A DNA stretch of 64,000 nucleotides from assembly GCA_013265495.1 (NCBI GenBank), contig MU058844.1, positions 13,042,184 to 13,106,183 of the forward strand, in the 5' to 3' direction. The notes beneath the pieces were generated by a model. The model was not told where the DNA came from and made no database searches. It was given only the letters and a program-made list of their open reading frames with translations. The stretch comes from Vicugna vicugna (lineage: Eukaryota). Numbering within the stretch: the first letter of the stretch is position 1; each line of letters begins with the position of its first letter. This document shows positions 23,447 through 36,748 of the stretch, in pieces. Made by a program: the position numbers and the translations under genes.

Positions 23447-23872
23447 TGTCATAGGTCAGCCTCCTTGGAAGCAGAGCCTGAAATAGGGATTCTTGTTCAA
23501 GTGATTTATTGACGAATTGTTCTCATTAGAAGGGGAGTAAGGAAAACAGGATGAAGTTGGGGGATAGGGGAAAGCCAAGCAGGAACACGACCAGCTAGAG
23601 ACTCATGTCAGTCTGATCCCAGAGGGAAAACCCTGCAGACAAAGTGCATCACAAAGGCAGTCCCACTTTGAGGCAGAGTTCAGTTTATGTCCTCCTGCTG
23701 GTTGGGCTGAGGTTTGCGGGGGTGATCTGGGTGGAGGCATGCAGCCCACAGGTGCTGGCTGGCTGAGAGCAGTTCTCCGGAGAAGGGGACAGCTGAATGT
23801 GGTTATGGGTGGGGAAAGGAGTGGGCCAGCTGGTCAAGGGGATCTGGAGGGACCTTTACAGTATCCACTACA
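23447..23872 (-). mobile_element. LTR16-like ERVL solo LTR
   Basis: TGTCATAGG...GGAAGCAGAGCCTGA...AGTGATTTATTGA...TCCACTACA. Near-TSD TCCAC/TTCAC. Confidence 0.75.
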
Positions 23873-24354
23873 TTCACCCCACTCCCTCCCTCTAAAGATG
23901 TTTTCCCTCCTCAATCTCATCTTGATCTCTTGGAGCACTCCAAGGATTGTGGAACAGATTCTTAGAGACACTTCCTTTTAATTATACTAATTGGGGAGGG
24001 GGAGTGTCTGTCTCATTCTGGTATCGAACATCTTTCATCTTGTCTGCTCGGTAGCAACAGAAGCAGGAAGAATTCCATTCTAATATCCTTTTGCTCTTTT
24101 GTTCAGGTGGGGTTTTGTTTGTTTGTTTGTTTGTTTTAATATCAGTGACCACAGAACTTGATGGCTAATCCCACAGGACAGGGCCCAGAGTGGCAGGTGA
24201 ACTCAAAACCACGTGTGGTGGCTTCCCTGGTAGCTCAGATGGATCTGTGCTCTTCACACTTCTGCCTCAACAGACCCCACTTGAGATACTGTGCAGGAAA
24301 CAACATGATCAACTGGAACAAACCCATGACTTTCTCATACAAAAAGCAAGCACA

Positions 24355-24874
24355 TTGTATATTTGTATATAGACACACTGGAATATTGCTCGGCCATAAA
24401 AAGAATGAAATGATGCCATTTGCAGCAACACAGATGGACCTAGATATGCCAGTATTAACTGAAGTAACTCAGACAGACAAAGACAAATGCCATGATATCA
24501 CTTACGTGTGGTATCTAAAAAATGATACAAATGAACTTATTGACAAAACAAAGAGACTCACAGATGCAGAAAACAAACTTGTGATTACCAAAGGGGAAAC
24601 AGGGGTAATGGGGAGGGATAAATTAGGAGTTTGGGATCAGCAGATACAAACTACTATATATAAAATAGATAAACAGCAAGGACCTAGTATATAGCACAGG
24701 GAACTGTATTCGAAATCTTGTAATAAACTGTAATAGAAAAGAATCTGAAAAAGAATTTATAGATGTACACACACACACACGCAATATATATATATATATA
24801 TAACTGAATCTCTTTGTTGTATACCTGAAACTAATACATTGTAGATCAACTATACTTCAATTTAAAAAAAAAAA
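24355..24874 (+). mobile_element. 5'-truncated LINE-1 3' end
   Basis: KKNEMMPFAATQMDL (L1 ORF2p terminus) in ORF 24158-24694, followed by a 3'UTR and poly(A) at 24864-24874. Confidence 0.93.
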
Positions 24875-25416
24875 GGCAGGCCAAAAAAAACCCAAACAAA
24901 CACATGGATTAATAAGACATAAAGAATGACTTTTCAAGTGTCCATGACCAAGCAGCAGGAGAGCAGAGAGGCGAGGTAGTGGTGTGGGACAGCAGTGCAT
25001 CACCAATATCCCAGAGTAGCCTGGGGCGGGGAACACCCCGTCCAGAGAAGCCACAAAAGGCCTGGAGTTCTTCAGGGGTGAAGAGCAACCCAGGAAGCTG
25101 ACAGAATAGCTGGTTTCCCATGCCTGTTTCCTCCTTTGTCTCCCCTGTCATACGGTTTCCTGATTCCTATTGCAAAGATAGGAAATAGTCCATGACCCAT
25201 TCCTGTCCAGAGTTCTCTCTGCGCTGATTCACCAGGATGTTAGAGCTGGAAGAGACGCCAGGCTTTATCTAGAAAAGCTTTCTTCTTTCACAAATGAGGA
25301 ACTGTAGCCCAGAGAGGTTATTATGACGGACGTGGAGACTGGTGACTCACAGGCCAAACCTTGCCTGCACAGTCTTAGTTGGAATATGAATTTGTTTAAA
25401 AGATTGAAAAACCAGG

Positions 25417-25457
25417 TCTCTCTCTCTCACTCACTCACACACACACACACACACACA
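25417..25457 (+). repeat. (TC)n/(AC)n compound microsatellite
   Basis: Read directly from the sequence. Confidence 0.85.
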
Positions 25458-26854
25458 TCTGTTAGAAACCTGGAAACCCAGCCACAAGAGGCTTGGAGTC
25501 TAGCACGGCAATAACCACCCAGTGGTTATTCTAATACCCACACGATCTCGTGGGCTGTCTCATGCCCAGCCGGTTTGATCTATCTTGCCCACCTGATCCC
25601 TGTAGGTAACTGAGTTTGTGGCTTCTCAGTGATGGTGTTTATCCAGAGCCCCATAGCTAGTGACAGACTTGAATAGGGGCCCATATCAAAAGTGAAATTT
25701 CGTAGGCACTGGCAGAAAAAGTATAGAGGGACCAGGACGTACAAATCCGCCCTGGTCCAGAAGTGATGTTGGCTGTCGAACTAAATTGGAGAGAGTTTGC
25801 AGTCAGGATGGCAAAACTGGCTCCAGTCAGTGTGATAAAGGGATGGGTGCTGGGTGGTAATCCAAACCCGCCAGCAAGACCTGGGGGTTCAGGAAATTGA
25901 AAAGAGCACAATGACACAGAGTCTTGTGGCAAACTGCTGGGTGGCATCAGAAACATTTCAGCAATGGATTAGCAAGGCTCTGGCCACGGGGCTGGCAGTC
26001 AGGAGTGGGATCCCAGTCCCAGTTTGGAGGAATGATCAGAACGAGGCAGAACTCAACCTTAGAAGAAGAGCTGTAATTTCAGAAGGGATCTCAGGTTAGG
26101 GGACTAATTCTAGGACTCAGTTACGCGGCTCGAGCTGGGATGGGAAGTCAGAGCAGACCTGGGAGGTGGCTGACTTTTGGCAGTCACACGGCTCTGTGAG
26201 CTCCTCCTTGCTTGGGGCTTAGAGCCTGCGGTGGGGGTTGAATGGATCAGTTAACTGAGAGCTCAGCATGGAGAAAAGGGTGTCAGGATTGGGGAACCAA
26301 GCCCCATCAGACTCCTTCACCAGGCTCCCCACCCACTATTTCTCATTCACCTGCAAACCCAACCTTCACGTAATTAAAAGACTGACTTTGCCCTGAATCT
26401 TTACATCTCTTCTCATATTTATAAATACCGACACTGAAACAAAACAAAGAGAGACTTCTGAGAATTCTTCAGCCTGGCAGCAGGTGGAAAAATGAGCCCA
26501 CGATGCTGTCAGGTACCTTGTGAAGCAACAATGGGGCTTGTCAGCTGTTACTTTTAGTGGGCATTAAGTTTGATGAAATAACCCAGTTGTACAAAAGGGG
26601 AAAAAAATAAGTGACAGTTATGGCGACAGATGGGGAAAGACTTGTTTCTGCACCTACAGATAGGAAATTTTACTGAAAATACTTTTAAAGGCACCCTTCT
26701 TAGATAATTGCGTCTCATCATGAAGTGACTCTAAGTTTCTTGGGCATGTTTCTTTTTGTTAAATTGTAGAAAAGATAAATCGTTTAGTCTGGGAAAAATA
26801 TACATACCAGTAAGGTCAGCCAGGCTGAACACATAATCATTACCAATATTTTCT

Positions 26855-27075
26855 GGGTCCCTGCTAAGAGCCAGGTGCCATGCTAGCTGCTTCATGTCTC
26901 ATTTAATTCTCACAACAATCCAAAGAGCTAAGCACTGTTATTATCTCTATTTGCATATGAGGGTACTGAGGCTTAGAAAAGTGAAGTAAGTTACCCAAGA
27001 ACACACCACAGGTGAGAAGGAGAGCCTGATTCAAAGCAACTCAGCCTGTCCTCAGAGACAAAGCTTACAAGTCAC
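26855..27075 (-). mobile_element. MIR SINE
   Basis: TCTCATTTAATTCTCACAACAATCC...ATGAGGGTACTGAGGCTTAGAAAAGTGAAGTAAGTTACCCAAG. Confidence 0.8.
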
Positions 27076-29679
27076 CTCCAGTGGCGTGAGCCCTGCTGTG
27101 GCCATGTGTTAGGTGACTACCCCAGCATCCTTTGCCCCTGTCCTCCTTAGCAAGAGAATCCCCATTTGTTGAGGGTGGCAATACTAGAGAACACCCATCT
27201 ATCAGTGTAGTTGATACATTGCATTGATGGCCCCAAGTAATGGCTTCTCATGTGCCCAAGCCCTTTGCAATGAGACTTGTAATAGTAACCCTGAGGTTCC
27301 CTAAACTCTCCTCCTCTCTTGGCCCAGCCTGGGTCCCCTCTTCTCCCTCTAGGACTGGGTTGATGGAGGTGCTGCCCACCCCCAATGTTTTCCTGCTGGC
27401 TCCACAGCCCTCTCTTTGGGGCTATTGCAGGACCAGAAGCACAGAGAATGGCTCCTGAAGGCTTAATTATCCATCTCAGCCCCCAGGGCATATTGGTGCT
27501 TGGAGAATCTCTCGGGGAAACTCAGGAACATCCCCTCCCTGGGCTAAGGAGGTCTTATCTCTGGGGTTTAAGTGCCATTTGCAATAATTTTATATCTTAT
27601 TTATTTAGCGGAGTAAATATTTCATATTGTATGACTAACATTTAGCCAGTGCTTGCTATATGTTGGGTACTGTTCTAAACCATTTATATGAATTCTGGCG
27701 TTTGGGGGTTATCAGTTATTTGCTTATTGATAAATTGGTTATATAGAATTTACAGTATCTTTTCCCATGAAAACATATTTCATAAATATGCACATATAGA
27801 AAATGTATATAGTATATATTATATAAAGCTAACGTTCCAAGCTTGTCCATTAAAGCACTATTTAATCTGTAATACGAAACCAATGTGCTTGTTTGAGTTT
27901 GAGTTCCTGTGAATTTAGAGAGTCATTTGATAAAGCAAGAATAAGAGGGCAGAGACTGCTTTTACTCTGGGCAATTTTGAAACAGGTGAGCCAGGCAGTG
28001 TCATCCCTCGCTGCGTGTTGGTGTTCTCCTCTGGTACCCGCCTCCCCACCACGCCCAGCGTCTTCCTGTGGCCCGAGCTTGGCACTCTGATACTCTGAAG
28101 GTTTATCAAACTCCTGTGCCTCATGATTCAGACGCCACCTTCAATCAAAATCTGCCTTGCTCCTTGTGGAAACTTTAGATATCTCTTGAGAGCAATCTGA
28201 CTCTAACTAGGAACTAGTCAACAGAAGCAGAAAATTCCAAGCCGTTGGGAGTGAGGGGCACTTATTCTGAGATGAGCGGGCGTCCTGTAGAGAGAGCTAC
28301 CTCGGGGGTCGTCGTCCTCTGCCTCCCTGCTGACCACAGCTCTTCCCTGTCTACTTCTCGGTCCGGGGAGTCTCTAAGTCCCACACTTTTTTAAGGCAGA
28401 GTTTCTATGGTAACATCAGTGGAAACTTTGGAGATGGAAAGTCATGAAGGTTCTTCATGTTTGTTGAGTCAGTTCATCTGAGATGCAGTGAAAAAGCAAG
28501 AAAAGCCTTAAACATTTGTAAGACTTGACACAGCAATTCCACATTTAGGAGTTTTATCTTTAAGCAGTTAAGTGAATAAGTGCAAAAGAAGCTTTGTCAA
28601 AGCGTTTTTTAAAATATGGAAAATAGGCAACAACCTAATTTCAACAAGTAGATTTGAAATAAACAATCAGCGTAGTGACTTTAAAAACAAAGCAACCGAA
28701 TTTGCCTTAGTTCAATTCTGACATTCTCTGTGACCACTCTAAGTTTTTTATTTGTATTTCAATTTTAAATAGTGATAAAGAGTGCAAAATGCAGGATATG
28801 ATACTTTTGTTTAGTAAGTGCAAATTTTAGTTCATGCATGAAATAACTTACCGATTTTGAAGTGCTATTTTTAAAGCTGGAATTTATTCTTTTTAAAAAG
28901 TTATTATTTGTTTTAAACCTAAAGGAAAAAACAAGAAAAGAATTAACATTCCTGATTATTACATGACTATTACTAAGAATAACCTTGTCTTATACAAGAC
29001 AAGGAGGGTGCTAAAAACTGATCTGTTCCAGGTGTCAAGTTCCCTAGCTGTGCCACTGCTGAGGGGAAAACTCACTAAGAAGCCAAGTGTTACTAAGATT
29101 TCTCTGAAACTTGTGAAAACTGTTGGTGGGAAAGCAGTTTGCCACTGCATGTGTTAGTTCTTCAGGAAAAGAATGCTGGGGCACATGGACATGCAATGAT
29201 AAACTCCTTCCTCCACGTGGAAAATCTGTCACCAATAGCCAGCCATGGCCCCCATCTACCACCTTGGAAGGTGGCAGAACTCATTAGCAATTCTCAATCA
29301 TTCAGAAGTAACCAGTGCCTCAGGAGGTGTGTTGTTAATTTGAGGAGAAAGCAAAAGCATTGAGGGAGACATCTAACATCTACCTTATTGATGAGCAGAT
29401 AGGACTCAAAGCAAACTACTGAGGTAGTAATATGACATCGTGGAGGAAGCACAGATTTTGGAGAAGACCTGGACTTTGGTTGCGGCCCTGCCAAAATTAT
29501 TTGCTCCTAATTCACTTAAAATATTTATTGAACCTCCACTGTGTGGGTTCTGGGAATACAATGATATACAAGATAGATACGGCTGCCCTGAAGGGAGGAG
29601 ACTCCCACCCACCAAGAGAAAGGTTAACAGACAAATGGATGAAACACTTTTTTTGTTGTTTTAAGTGCCTGAAGGAATC

Positions 29680-30225
29680 CGACCAGTGGTTTCCCATGGC
29701 TCCCAAATAAACACCAAAATTCTTAATATGGCCCCCTCCATCCTCTCCTACTGTATCTCACACTTCCCCCTTGCTAGGAATGTCTGCTCCAGCCGCAGCC
29801 TTCTTTTAGTTCCTCAAGTGCATTAAAGCCTTCCTTTTTTGGGGTCTTGACCTATATTGGCCACCTCCACCCCTACTTTGCCTCAGTTAATTCCTAATAT
29901 ATCCTTCAGCTCTCAGGATAAATATGTTGGCAGAAAGCCTTCCCTCATGTCCACTCCCCCACATCCACTCCACACCTCCCACACCCAGTACGCCCACAAT
30001 CAATGACCAGTCCGTATATCCCCATTTGCAACCCAGGCTTTTTCTTCATAACTCGGTCATTATCAATTTGCCTGTATGATCATTCATTTAATACCTGTGT
30101 TCTCTTCCACCACCGTCTCCTGCTAGACTGTGAGCTTCGTGGAGGCAAAGTTCTCTATTTGACCCACACCACTGAATTCCTAGGTCAGCATATTAAATAT
30201 TTGCAGAATTAGTGAGTGAAGGTAG
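29680..30225 (+). mobile_element. LINE-2 3' fragment
   Basis: CCAGTGGTTTCCCATGGCTC...CTAGACTGTGAGCTTCGTGGAGGCA...AAATATTTGCAGAATTAGTGAGTGAA. Confidence 0.75.
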
Positions 30226-30369
30226 GCATAGATGAGTATGTAACCAAACTGAAAAAACCTGCCACCAGGAGTGGGCCCCAAGAGAATTCTTTTATGAGGA
30301 GTGTTGTGCTGTCCAAAGAACTTCCTCATTTCTGCTCTCCCTTGACTGGCCTAGCTGGTCAGGTGTTGT

Positions 30370-31950
30370 TGTTTTGAGTTTTATTTTTATGCATTCCCCT
30401 TTTTCTTACTTTCTTCTACTTCTTAAATTATACTTACCTTAGTATTTTTTTTTCTTTTTATCTTTTGGTCTTTAACTTCTACTTGAATTTATAGCTTTCC
30501 ATTTCAAAGCTTTCAGCTCTGATTTTACTAGCCCTTTGTCTTTTCAAAAATTATAAATATTTATTTTGTTCTGTTTTATCAGTTCCTAATCTTAATTTTG
30601 AATATTTCTCTCTAGTCTTAACTCTTGTCTTGCTGCTTTCATTTTTTGCTCTATCCCATTTTAAATCTAATTTATAGTAGGTACCATTCTCTCATAATTT
30701 ATTATTAATTTGTTAATGTGCCCATTTTAAATTTAATTGGTAGATTTCAATGTCATCTGACCATCTCACCTATCTTTTACTGGGAGTTTTACCCTATTTA
30801 TTCTCACCCCCTTCCCCGCTCCCTCCCTCTTCTTTACCCCACTGCTCCCCTTATGCCCACTTTCCCACCAGAAAGTTGGAAGTCAGAGGAATATAAACAG
30901 GGGGGAGAATTCACTTTCTGAGCATGAAAGAATGAAAGCTATCTTTTCCCCACCTCTTTTCCCTGCATTCTTCTCTTAAGACTCCTTCATCAAATTATTC
31001 CTCAGACCTGTTAAGGATGGTTCTTCAGAGAACCTCACTGCAGAAAATTTGGTGAATTCAGTTTTCTTCAGAGGAACAAGCCCCATTCTGTCTTTATATT
31101 TGACTTACTGGAAAAGCATTGTTTATTAATGTCTCCCTTACCATCTAGTCGCTAGTTGAGGAACTGGGGGAGAATGATGCCTACTTCATGCCCAGGAGGA
31201 GGGCGCTGGGACGGATTCTTCAGGTCAACCTTCTCCAGGCCTGATCCTAACGAGGTGCTGACAGACTCCGCAGTAAATGCCTACAGGATGTTCCAAAGTG
31301 AGACTCTACATCCAGGGTCTTGGCACCACTTTAAACCAGCTGCAGTCATCATCCACCCAAGCATAGGTCCCTCCCCTTCTAGGCAGGTTGAGAGGAGGAT
31401 TCTTCTGGCTGTGACGGGCCTCAATACTCTTCCTTGTCCTGAGGGCTAGTGGAGGCTGAAGGGTGTGGGCTGACAGCTTCACAGGCGGAGTTTTAAGAAG
31501 AAGAACACTCACCCTCTTGTCTCAGGATTAGTTTACATTCTAAATCCTACACTAGATCATTGAGGCTTGCTCCAAGGAGTGGATTTCGAGGAGGTAACAG
31601 AGAATGCCTTCACTGTCTTCTCTTAGGGCGTAGTCCTCTCCAGCATTCTGAGAAAGTCCTGATGCCAAGGATTTAGCTACCTTAGTAGGATCCTTTGCCC
31701 AAGTTTCCAGAGAAGAGTTAGATGCCATGCTGGGGGACCAGGATCCCCAAAGGATGCCCTGACTACACCATCACACTCCACCTGCCATCCTCAGACCCAG
31801 CACTGAGTTCCTTTATAGGCTTCTATGGACATGCACTCTTTCTCTCAGGGAGATCTGCTCCCCTCCATATTAGCTAGATAGATTTAATCCTTTCCCACAT
31901 AGTTTCAGAGAGGGAACTACTCTTATGGGGTAGACCCTCAGGTTCTCACT
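30370..31950 (-). mobile_element. Ancient L1M/HAL1-like decayed LINE
   Basis: Long, strongly T/C-skewed tract typical of old antisense L1/HAL1. No diagnostic motif confirmed. Confidence 0.3.
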
Positions 31951-31988
31951 GTTTTGCCATTCTTAAGAACCTTCCTTTGAAAACCCTC

Positions 31989-32384
31989 TGTTGGGGGACA
32001 AGGTGGGCCGGTGTCACAGATGGTAAAAGAATTTTCCAGAGACAAGGAAAAGTGGAAAGAAAAGTTTATTAGGGGTACGCTGCCACAGACAGCAGCAGCC
32101 ACACAGACAAGAGGTGCCTGTGTGAACCCTGAGGGTCAGTTGTTGAGGTCTTTTATTGGGGGGAGGAGTTGGTGAACACAATGGGTTGGGGGCTGTATGA
32201 TCAGCTTGCGTACAAGTTTTTGTTTGGTTGTAGGTGAGGTAAGAAGTTTAGGGTCTGTAAAGGGATAGTGGGGTTTATGACTCTAATAAGGTGGGCTGAA
32301 AGAAACCAAGCTATTGTGAGATTAGGCATTACCTAGGGCTTTTAGTATTTTAGGGCAGACATGCCCAGTAAAGAATGTACTTCA
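31989..32384 (-). mobile_element. Probable ERV solo LTR
   Basis: TG...CA bounded, with AAGTTTATT and TCTTTTAT in the positions expected for a reverse-strand poly(A) signal and TATA box. Boundaries are uncertain. Confidence 0.55.
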
Positions 32385-32511
32385 TCTGTTGAGGGATTGC
32401 AGGTAGACATCTGAGAGCCCAGGAATAGGGGTCATTGGACTTTGAAGGATACCAGTTGGCCCCACACCCTCCTCTGACCGGCTCACTAGGTAGCCCCCAG
32501 TGATCTGAAAC

Positions 32512-33089
32512 TGAGACAGGAAGGAAGGGGACCAGGACACAACCATTAAAGAATGACACAGCAATTGGCACCAAAATGACGAGAGATTTGACCTCCAATG
32601 GACCTTGAGTTTTGTGATCACATTGTAATATATTAGCATGGTGAATGACACACCCACAGGTTCCATGATGACAGTTCTGAGGCTAACCAAAGAGAGGGTG
32701 GTGGCCCAACTCCTGGGAATCCCCACCCCTTCCCCAAGGTAGTTGGAATAATCCCCTCACTTGTTAGCATATAAAAACTAGGAACACCTTTCCTCGTGGC
32801 CTCTCTTGCTCCCTCACCTTGCAAGATGGCCTTCACTCTGTCTATGGAGTGTGTATCTACTTTTACTTTAAACTAGACACCCAACCCCATACCTCTTGGC
32901 CTTTCTCTTGTCTTCTGAGACAGCTTATACCCTATGGAGTGAACATCTCTCTAAATAAATCTACTTTTACTCAACTATGGCTTGCTCTTAAATTCTTTCC
33001 TGCACAAAGTCAGGGACCCTCACTTGGTGGGGCGTGTCAACCAAGACGTAGGACACAGCTATCCTCTTGTGCCCCATTTTCCTGTATCA
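32512..33089 (+). mobile_element. ERV1-type solo LTR (same family as 8340-8925)
   Basis: TGAGACAGG...GTATCA with TATAAAA and AATAAA, near-TSD AAAC/GAAC. Followed by MIR sequence. Confidence 0.85.
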
Positions 33090-33191
33090 GAACTGCAGGT
33101 TCCCCTTAGTTTCAACTGTAAAATGAGGATAAGATCTACCTCTTAGGGTTCTCCTGAGGACTGTACAATACATTTATATAAAACAGTTGAT

Positions 33192-33208
33192 ATGTATATG
33201 TGTGTGTG

Positions 33209-33248
<40 letters not shown>
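33192..33248 (+). repeat. (TG)n(TA)n microsatellite
   Basis: Read directly from the sequence. Confidence 0.95.
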
Positions 33249-33251
<3 letters not shown>

Positions 33252-33794
33252 TGTCTGGCATTTATGAGAGGTAGTTAATAAAAGTTAGCTATTTTTATTG
33301 AATTCATCTTTCTCTTTCCTTTTAGAAGTAAATCTGATTCATCAGATCCACAGAATTATAATTTCTGGCACAGGAAAATGTATTCAACACACATCGATCT
33401 AGAATCTTCCCAGGAGGCCAAGCCCCCTCTCATGCTTAAAATAATTTGTTGGGTAAATCTTGTAATTTTTTTAATAATTGAATTTTCATCCCAGTTTGAA
33501 CAAATGGGAATTGTCCTTAATTTTCCCACTGCTGAAGCCTAGGCTGGTATGGTGTTGTCCACTGGCTCTGAGACAGTCCCAAAGGTTACGGTAGGACTGG
33601 GGTTATGAACGTGGGGGCCCTAGACCACTTTCCATGTGGTAACTGAGTTTATTCCTGTATCTTCTGCACATTTATATATGCAAAATAGCCTACCATCTGA
33701 CTCACCCTAGTGGATACCCTCAGTTTCTTCCTCAGCCTAAAGTCAGGTTGATCACTACATACACAAACATAAAAATCACGTATTGGGTTATTAT

Positions 33795-34040
33795 GTTTAT
33801 GTAAAATTCCAAATTAGACAAAGTATGACCTAGTGTTAGAAGTACGCATAACGATTACCTTTGGAGGAAGGTAATAACTAGAAGGGAACCCAAAAGGGGC
33901 TTCTAGGGCACTGGTAAAATACTGTTTTTTGATCCAGGTTCTGTTACATGAGTGTGGTCATTTTGTAAAAACTCATCAAGCCATACACTTGATTTGTGTG
34001 TGAACTTTTCCGTATAAATGGTTTACTGTAATATAAACTT
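33795..34040 (+). mobile_element. Old L1 (L1ME-like) 3' fragment
   Basis: GTGTTAGAAGT...GGGGCTTCTAGGGCACTGGTAA...TTTGTAAAAACTCATCAAGC. Confidence 0.65.
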
Positions 34041-35839
34041 TACTGAGAAAAGGCAAAGTCCAATGAATGTGGTCATGGTGAGTGGTTGTCCTGTGGTCTA
34101 AGGAATGGAGAGAATCAAATATGTATAGACATCCACAAAGCAAAACAAAACACATATAAGTGTAACGGAGGTTATCAGTGGATAATTGGCTCCAGGGCAG
34201 TTTCCTTCACAATCTCCCTTTTTTTTTTTTTTTTTAACACTTTCTAAATCCTTTTCAAAGAATCTATATTAGTCTTGCCATCTTGCCCTGTGGGATAAGC
34301 CGAATCCTAGAAGACATAGTTTTATCTTAAGGCTCTGGGTCAAACTGTCTAGAGTCTTCTCATACTTCCTTGTTACAAGAAGTATGGATTTCTTTTAAGG
34401 TCTCTACCTGCCTTCCAGAATTGTTAGGTAGATAGTTCAGAGTTATACCCCTTTGGAGAAGTACAGGAAGAAAATGGATATTAAGCTTCAAAGAAGTCGT
34501 ATGGGAAAATCAGGAAAGACTTCCTGGGGGAGGTGACATTTGATCTGGGTGTCAAGGGAGGAGAAGAATTTGGGAAGTATAGGGGGAGGAGGCGAATGAA
34601 GGACGGGAGGTCCCTGTAGACCGAGGAGAGAGTACTTGTAAGGCGTGGAAAAGAATAACATGTTCATCAGCCAGGAAGAAGCTTGGCATCACTGGGGAAG
34701 AGTGGAGGGACAGGAGGCTGGAAAGGAATTGACATCCCAACATTGTGGCTTCCGACCCACACTATACACTGTATTTGTAGGTATAGTTGTAACAAATTCC
34801 AAATGTTCATTGCATCAGACCATGAAAATGTGTAATTCAAGTTCTAAAATTTTAAGTTGTTTTTTAAAAATATGTTTTATAGCAATAGCTTAATGACAAA
34901 AATAATGATGCCAACAAAGCATTTGTATTGGAAGCCCTGAAGGAATCAGCTGGCATAAAACCCATCTTGGTTAAAATATTCTTGAACTTAAATTATTTAA
35001 GCTGATCAAAATTCAAGCACAGGTATAACAATTGTTATGTCAACTACAGAGGACTCTCAGAACCTCTCCCCCTGGAATTATGGAATAATTTGGTACCGTC
35101 ATTAGCATCCTTGCATGAAAAGAATGATGCATTCTGGGACATCGATAATGTAAGAATGCCTATTATGATGATAAACAATAACTGCAGACACAGGGTCAGT
35201 AGCGTGTCATAGAACAGCTCTCCGGGTTTGCCAAAAAAACACTTAAAAATGTATAAATTTTACATGTATAAAACTCTTCTTGCTAACGAAACAGATCTTT
35301 TTAGTGTTTTCCAAAGAGAGGAGAGAAGAGGCAGAGAGAGGGTGACTTTTGTGCCATGCCCCATGGCTTCCACCTCAACATAATCCAATGAGAAAAAGCA
35401 GTTGCTCTCTGGGCAGCACCAACCTAGGAGGGGAGGATCAGACCACCACCTGCTTGTCATTCTTACTTCTAAGTTACATCATGAAGGTGGAGACAGTGAG
35501 GCTTTTATTCAAATACGCCAGCTTGGGATTGGCTCTGGGGATGGATTCAGCCATACAGACAGTGGCTGTGTCCAGTTGGTTACCACAGTTCCCAGTCAGA
35601 CCAGCAGCCAATGTAAATACTGAGGCAACCAGAGATGCTGCGGTGGAACAGGCAGTCTGTGCTTTCAGATTCAGTTCCTGGCAAGAAAGTTGCAGAATGA
35701 ATCACCATGGGGCAGATGCCTGACTGCCCAAGAGCTATAAATTGAATGGTACAACACCTTGTTGCTTTCACTGGCTCTGACCTTTGCAGAAACAGTTGAA
35801 TAATCAGACAAAAGGCAGTGAAAGGAAAGTAGAAGGGAA

Positions 35840-36250
35840 TTAATACTGAGCATCTGCTCTGTGCCAGGCACAGACTAGGGTCTTCACATGGGTTACAGAG
35901 GCAGCGTGGTGCTGGGTATGATTCTGCACCTACCACTCACTGGTTGTGTGAACCTGGACAAACTCCTTAGCCTCTGTGAATCTTGGAACCACAGAGTCTC
36001 ACTTTCTAAGGCTGTGTGGGAAGGAAAAGAGAATCCACGTTCACATGGCACATAGGGAATGCTCTGAAAAAGCAGGTATTTTTTTGTTGTCATTACATCA
36101 TCATCATTTTATCATCAAATCAGTGTCGTTACCCATTTTTCAGATGGAGACACTGAGGCTCAGAGAGACAAGAGACTTATCCAGGGAATATAACCTTGGT
36201 ACTGTGATACCAACCCAATCTCACACCAGAAGTCATACCCCTTAATCCTT
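35840..36250. mobile_element. Two MIRs, a plus copy lying within a minus copy
   Basis: Minus-strand MIR pieces (GAGCATCTGCTCTGTGCCAGGCAC; CCCATTTTTCAGATGGAGACACTGAGGCTCAGAGAG) flank a plus-strand MIR at about 35897-36085. Confidence 0.6.
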
Positions 36251-36346
36251 TAGACCTAATAGCCTTTATCAATCTGTTTGGAATAAATGGATTACAGAAA
36301 TGAGAAGCAGCAAAAATGGGCTTGTAGACAAACATTCATGGTATGG

Positions 36347-36748
36347 TATATTAGTCAAGGTTCTCCAGAGAAAAAGAACCAATATGTGTCTGTCTGTCTG
36401 TCTGTCTGTCTATCTGTCTACCTATCAACCAGTCAAGGTTTTAAGAAGTTGATTCATGCTATTGTGGAGGCTGGAGAGTCTGAAATCTGCAGAGAAGGCT
36501 GGCAGCTAGAGACCCAGGACAGAGTTGATGTTGCAGTCTGGAAGCAGAATTTCTTCTTTCTCTGGTCACCTTAGTCTTTGTCTCTTAAGGCCTTCAACTG
36601 ATAGGATAAGGCCCATCCACTGATGGTTTATTGATTTAAATCGTAGTCTTATCTAAAAAATGCCTTCACATCTTTAAATCTAAACTGGTATTTAACCAAA
36701 TATGTGAGTTGTTGGCTGCCCCGCTGAAGCACAAAATTAACTGTCACA
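36347..36748 (-). mobile_element. MLT2-family ERVL LTR with internal (TGTC)n
   Basis: TATTAGTCAAGGTTCTCCAGAGAAAAAGAACCAATA...AAAATTAACTGTCACA. Confidence 0.85.

Noticed and set aside
24158..24694. 178-aa ORF
   Set aside because: It fuses flanking DNA with the L1 ORF2 end and 3'UTR. Not a gene.
35525..35745. CCAAT boxes plus TATAAA as a promoter
   Set aside because: Short motifs only, with no CpG island and no supportable downstream exon.
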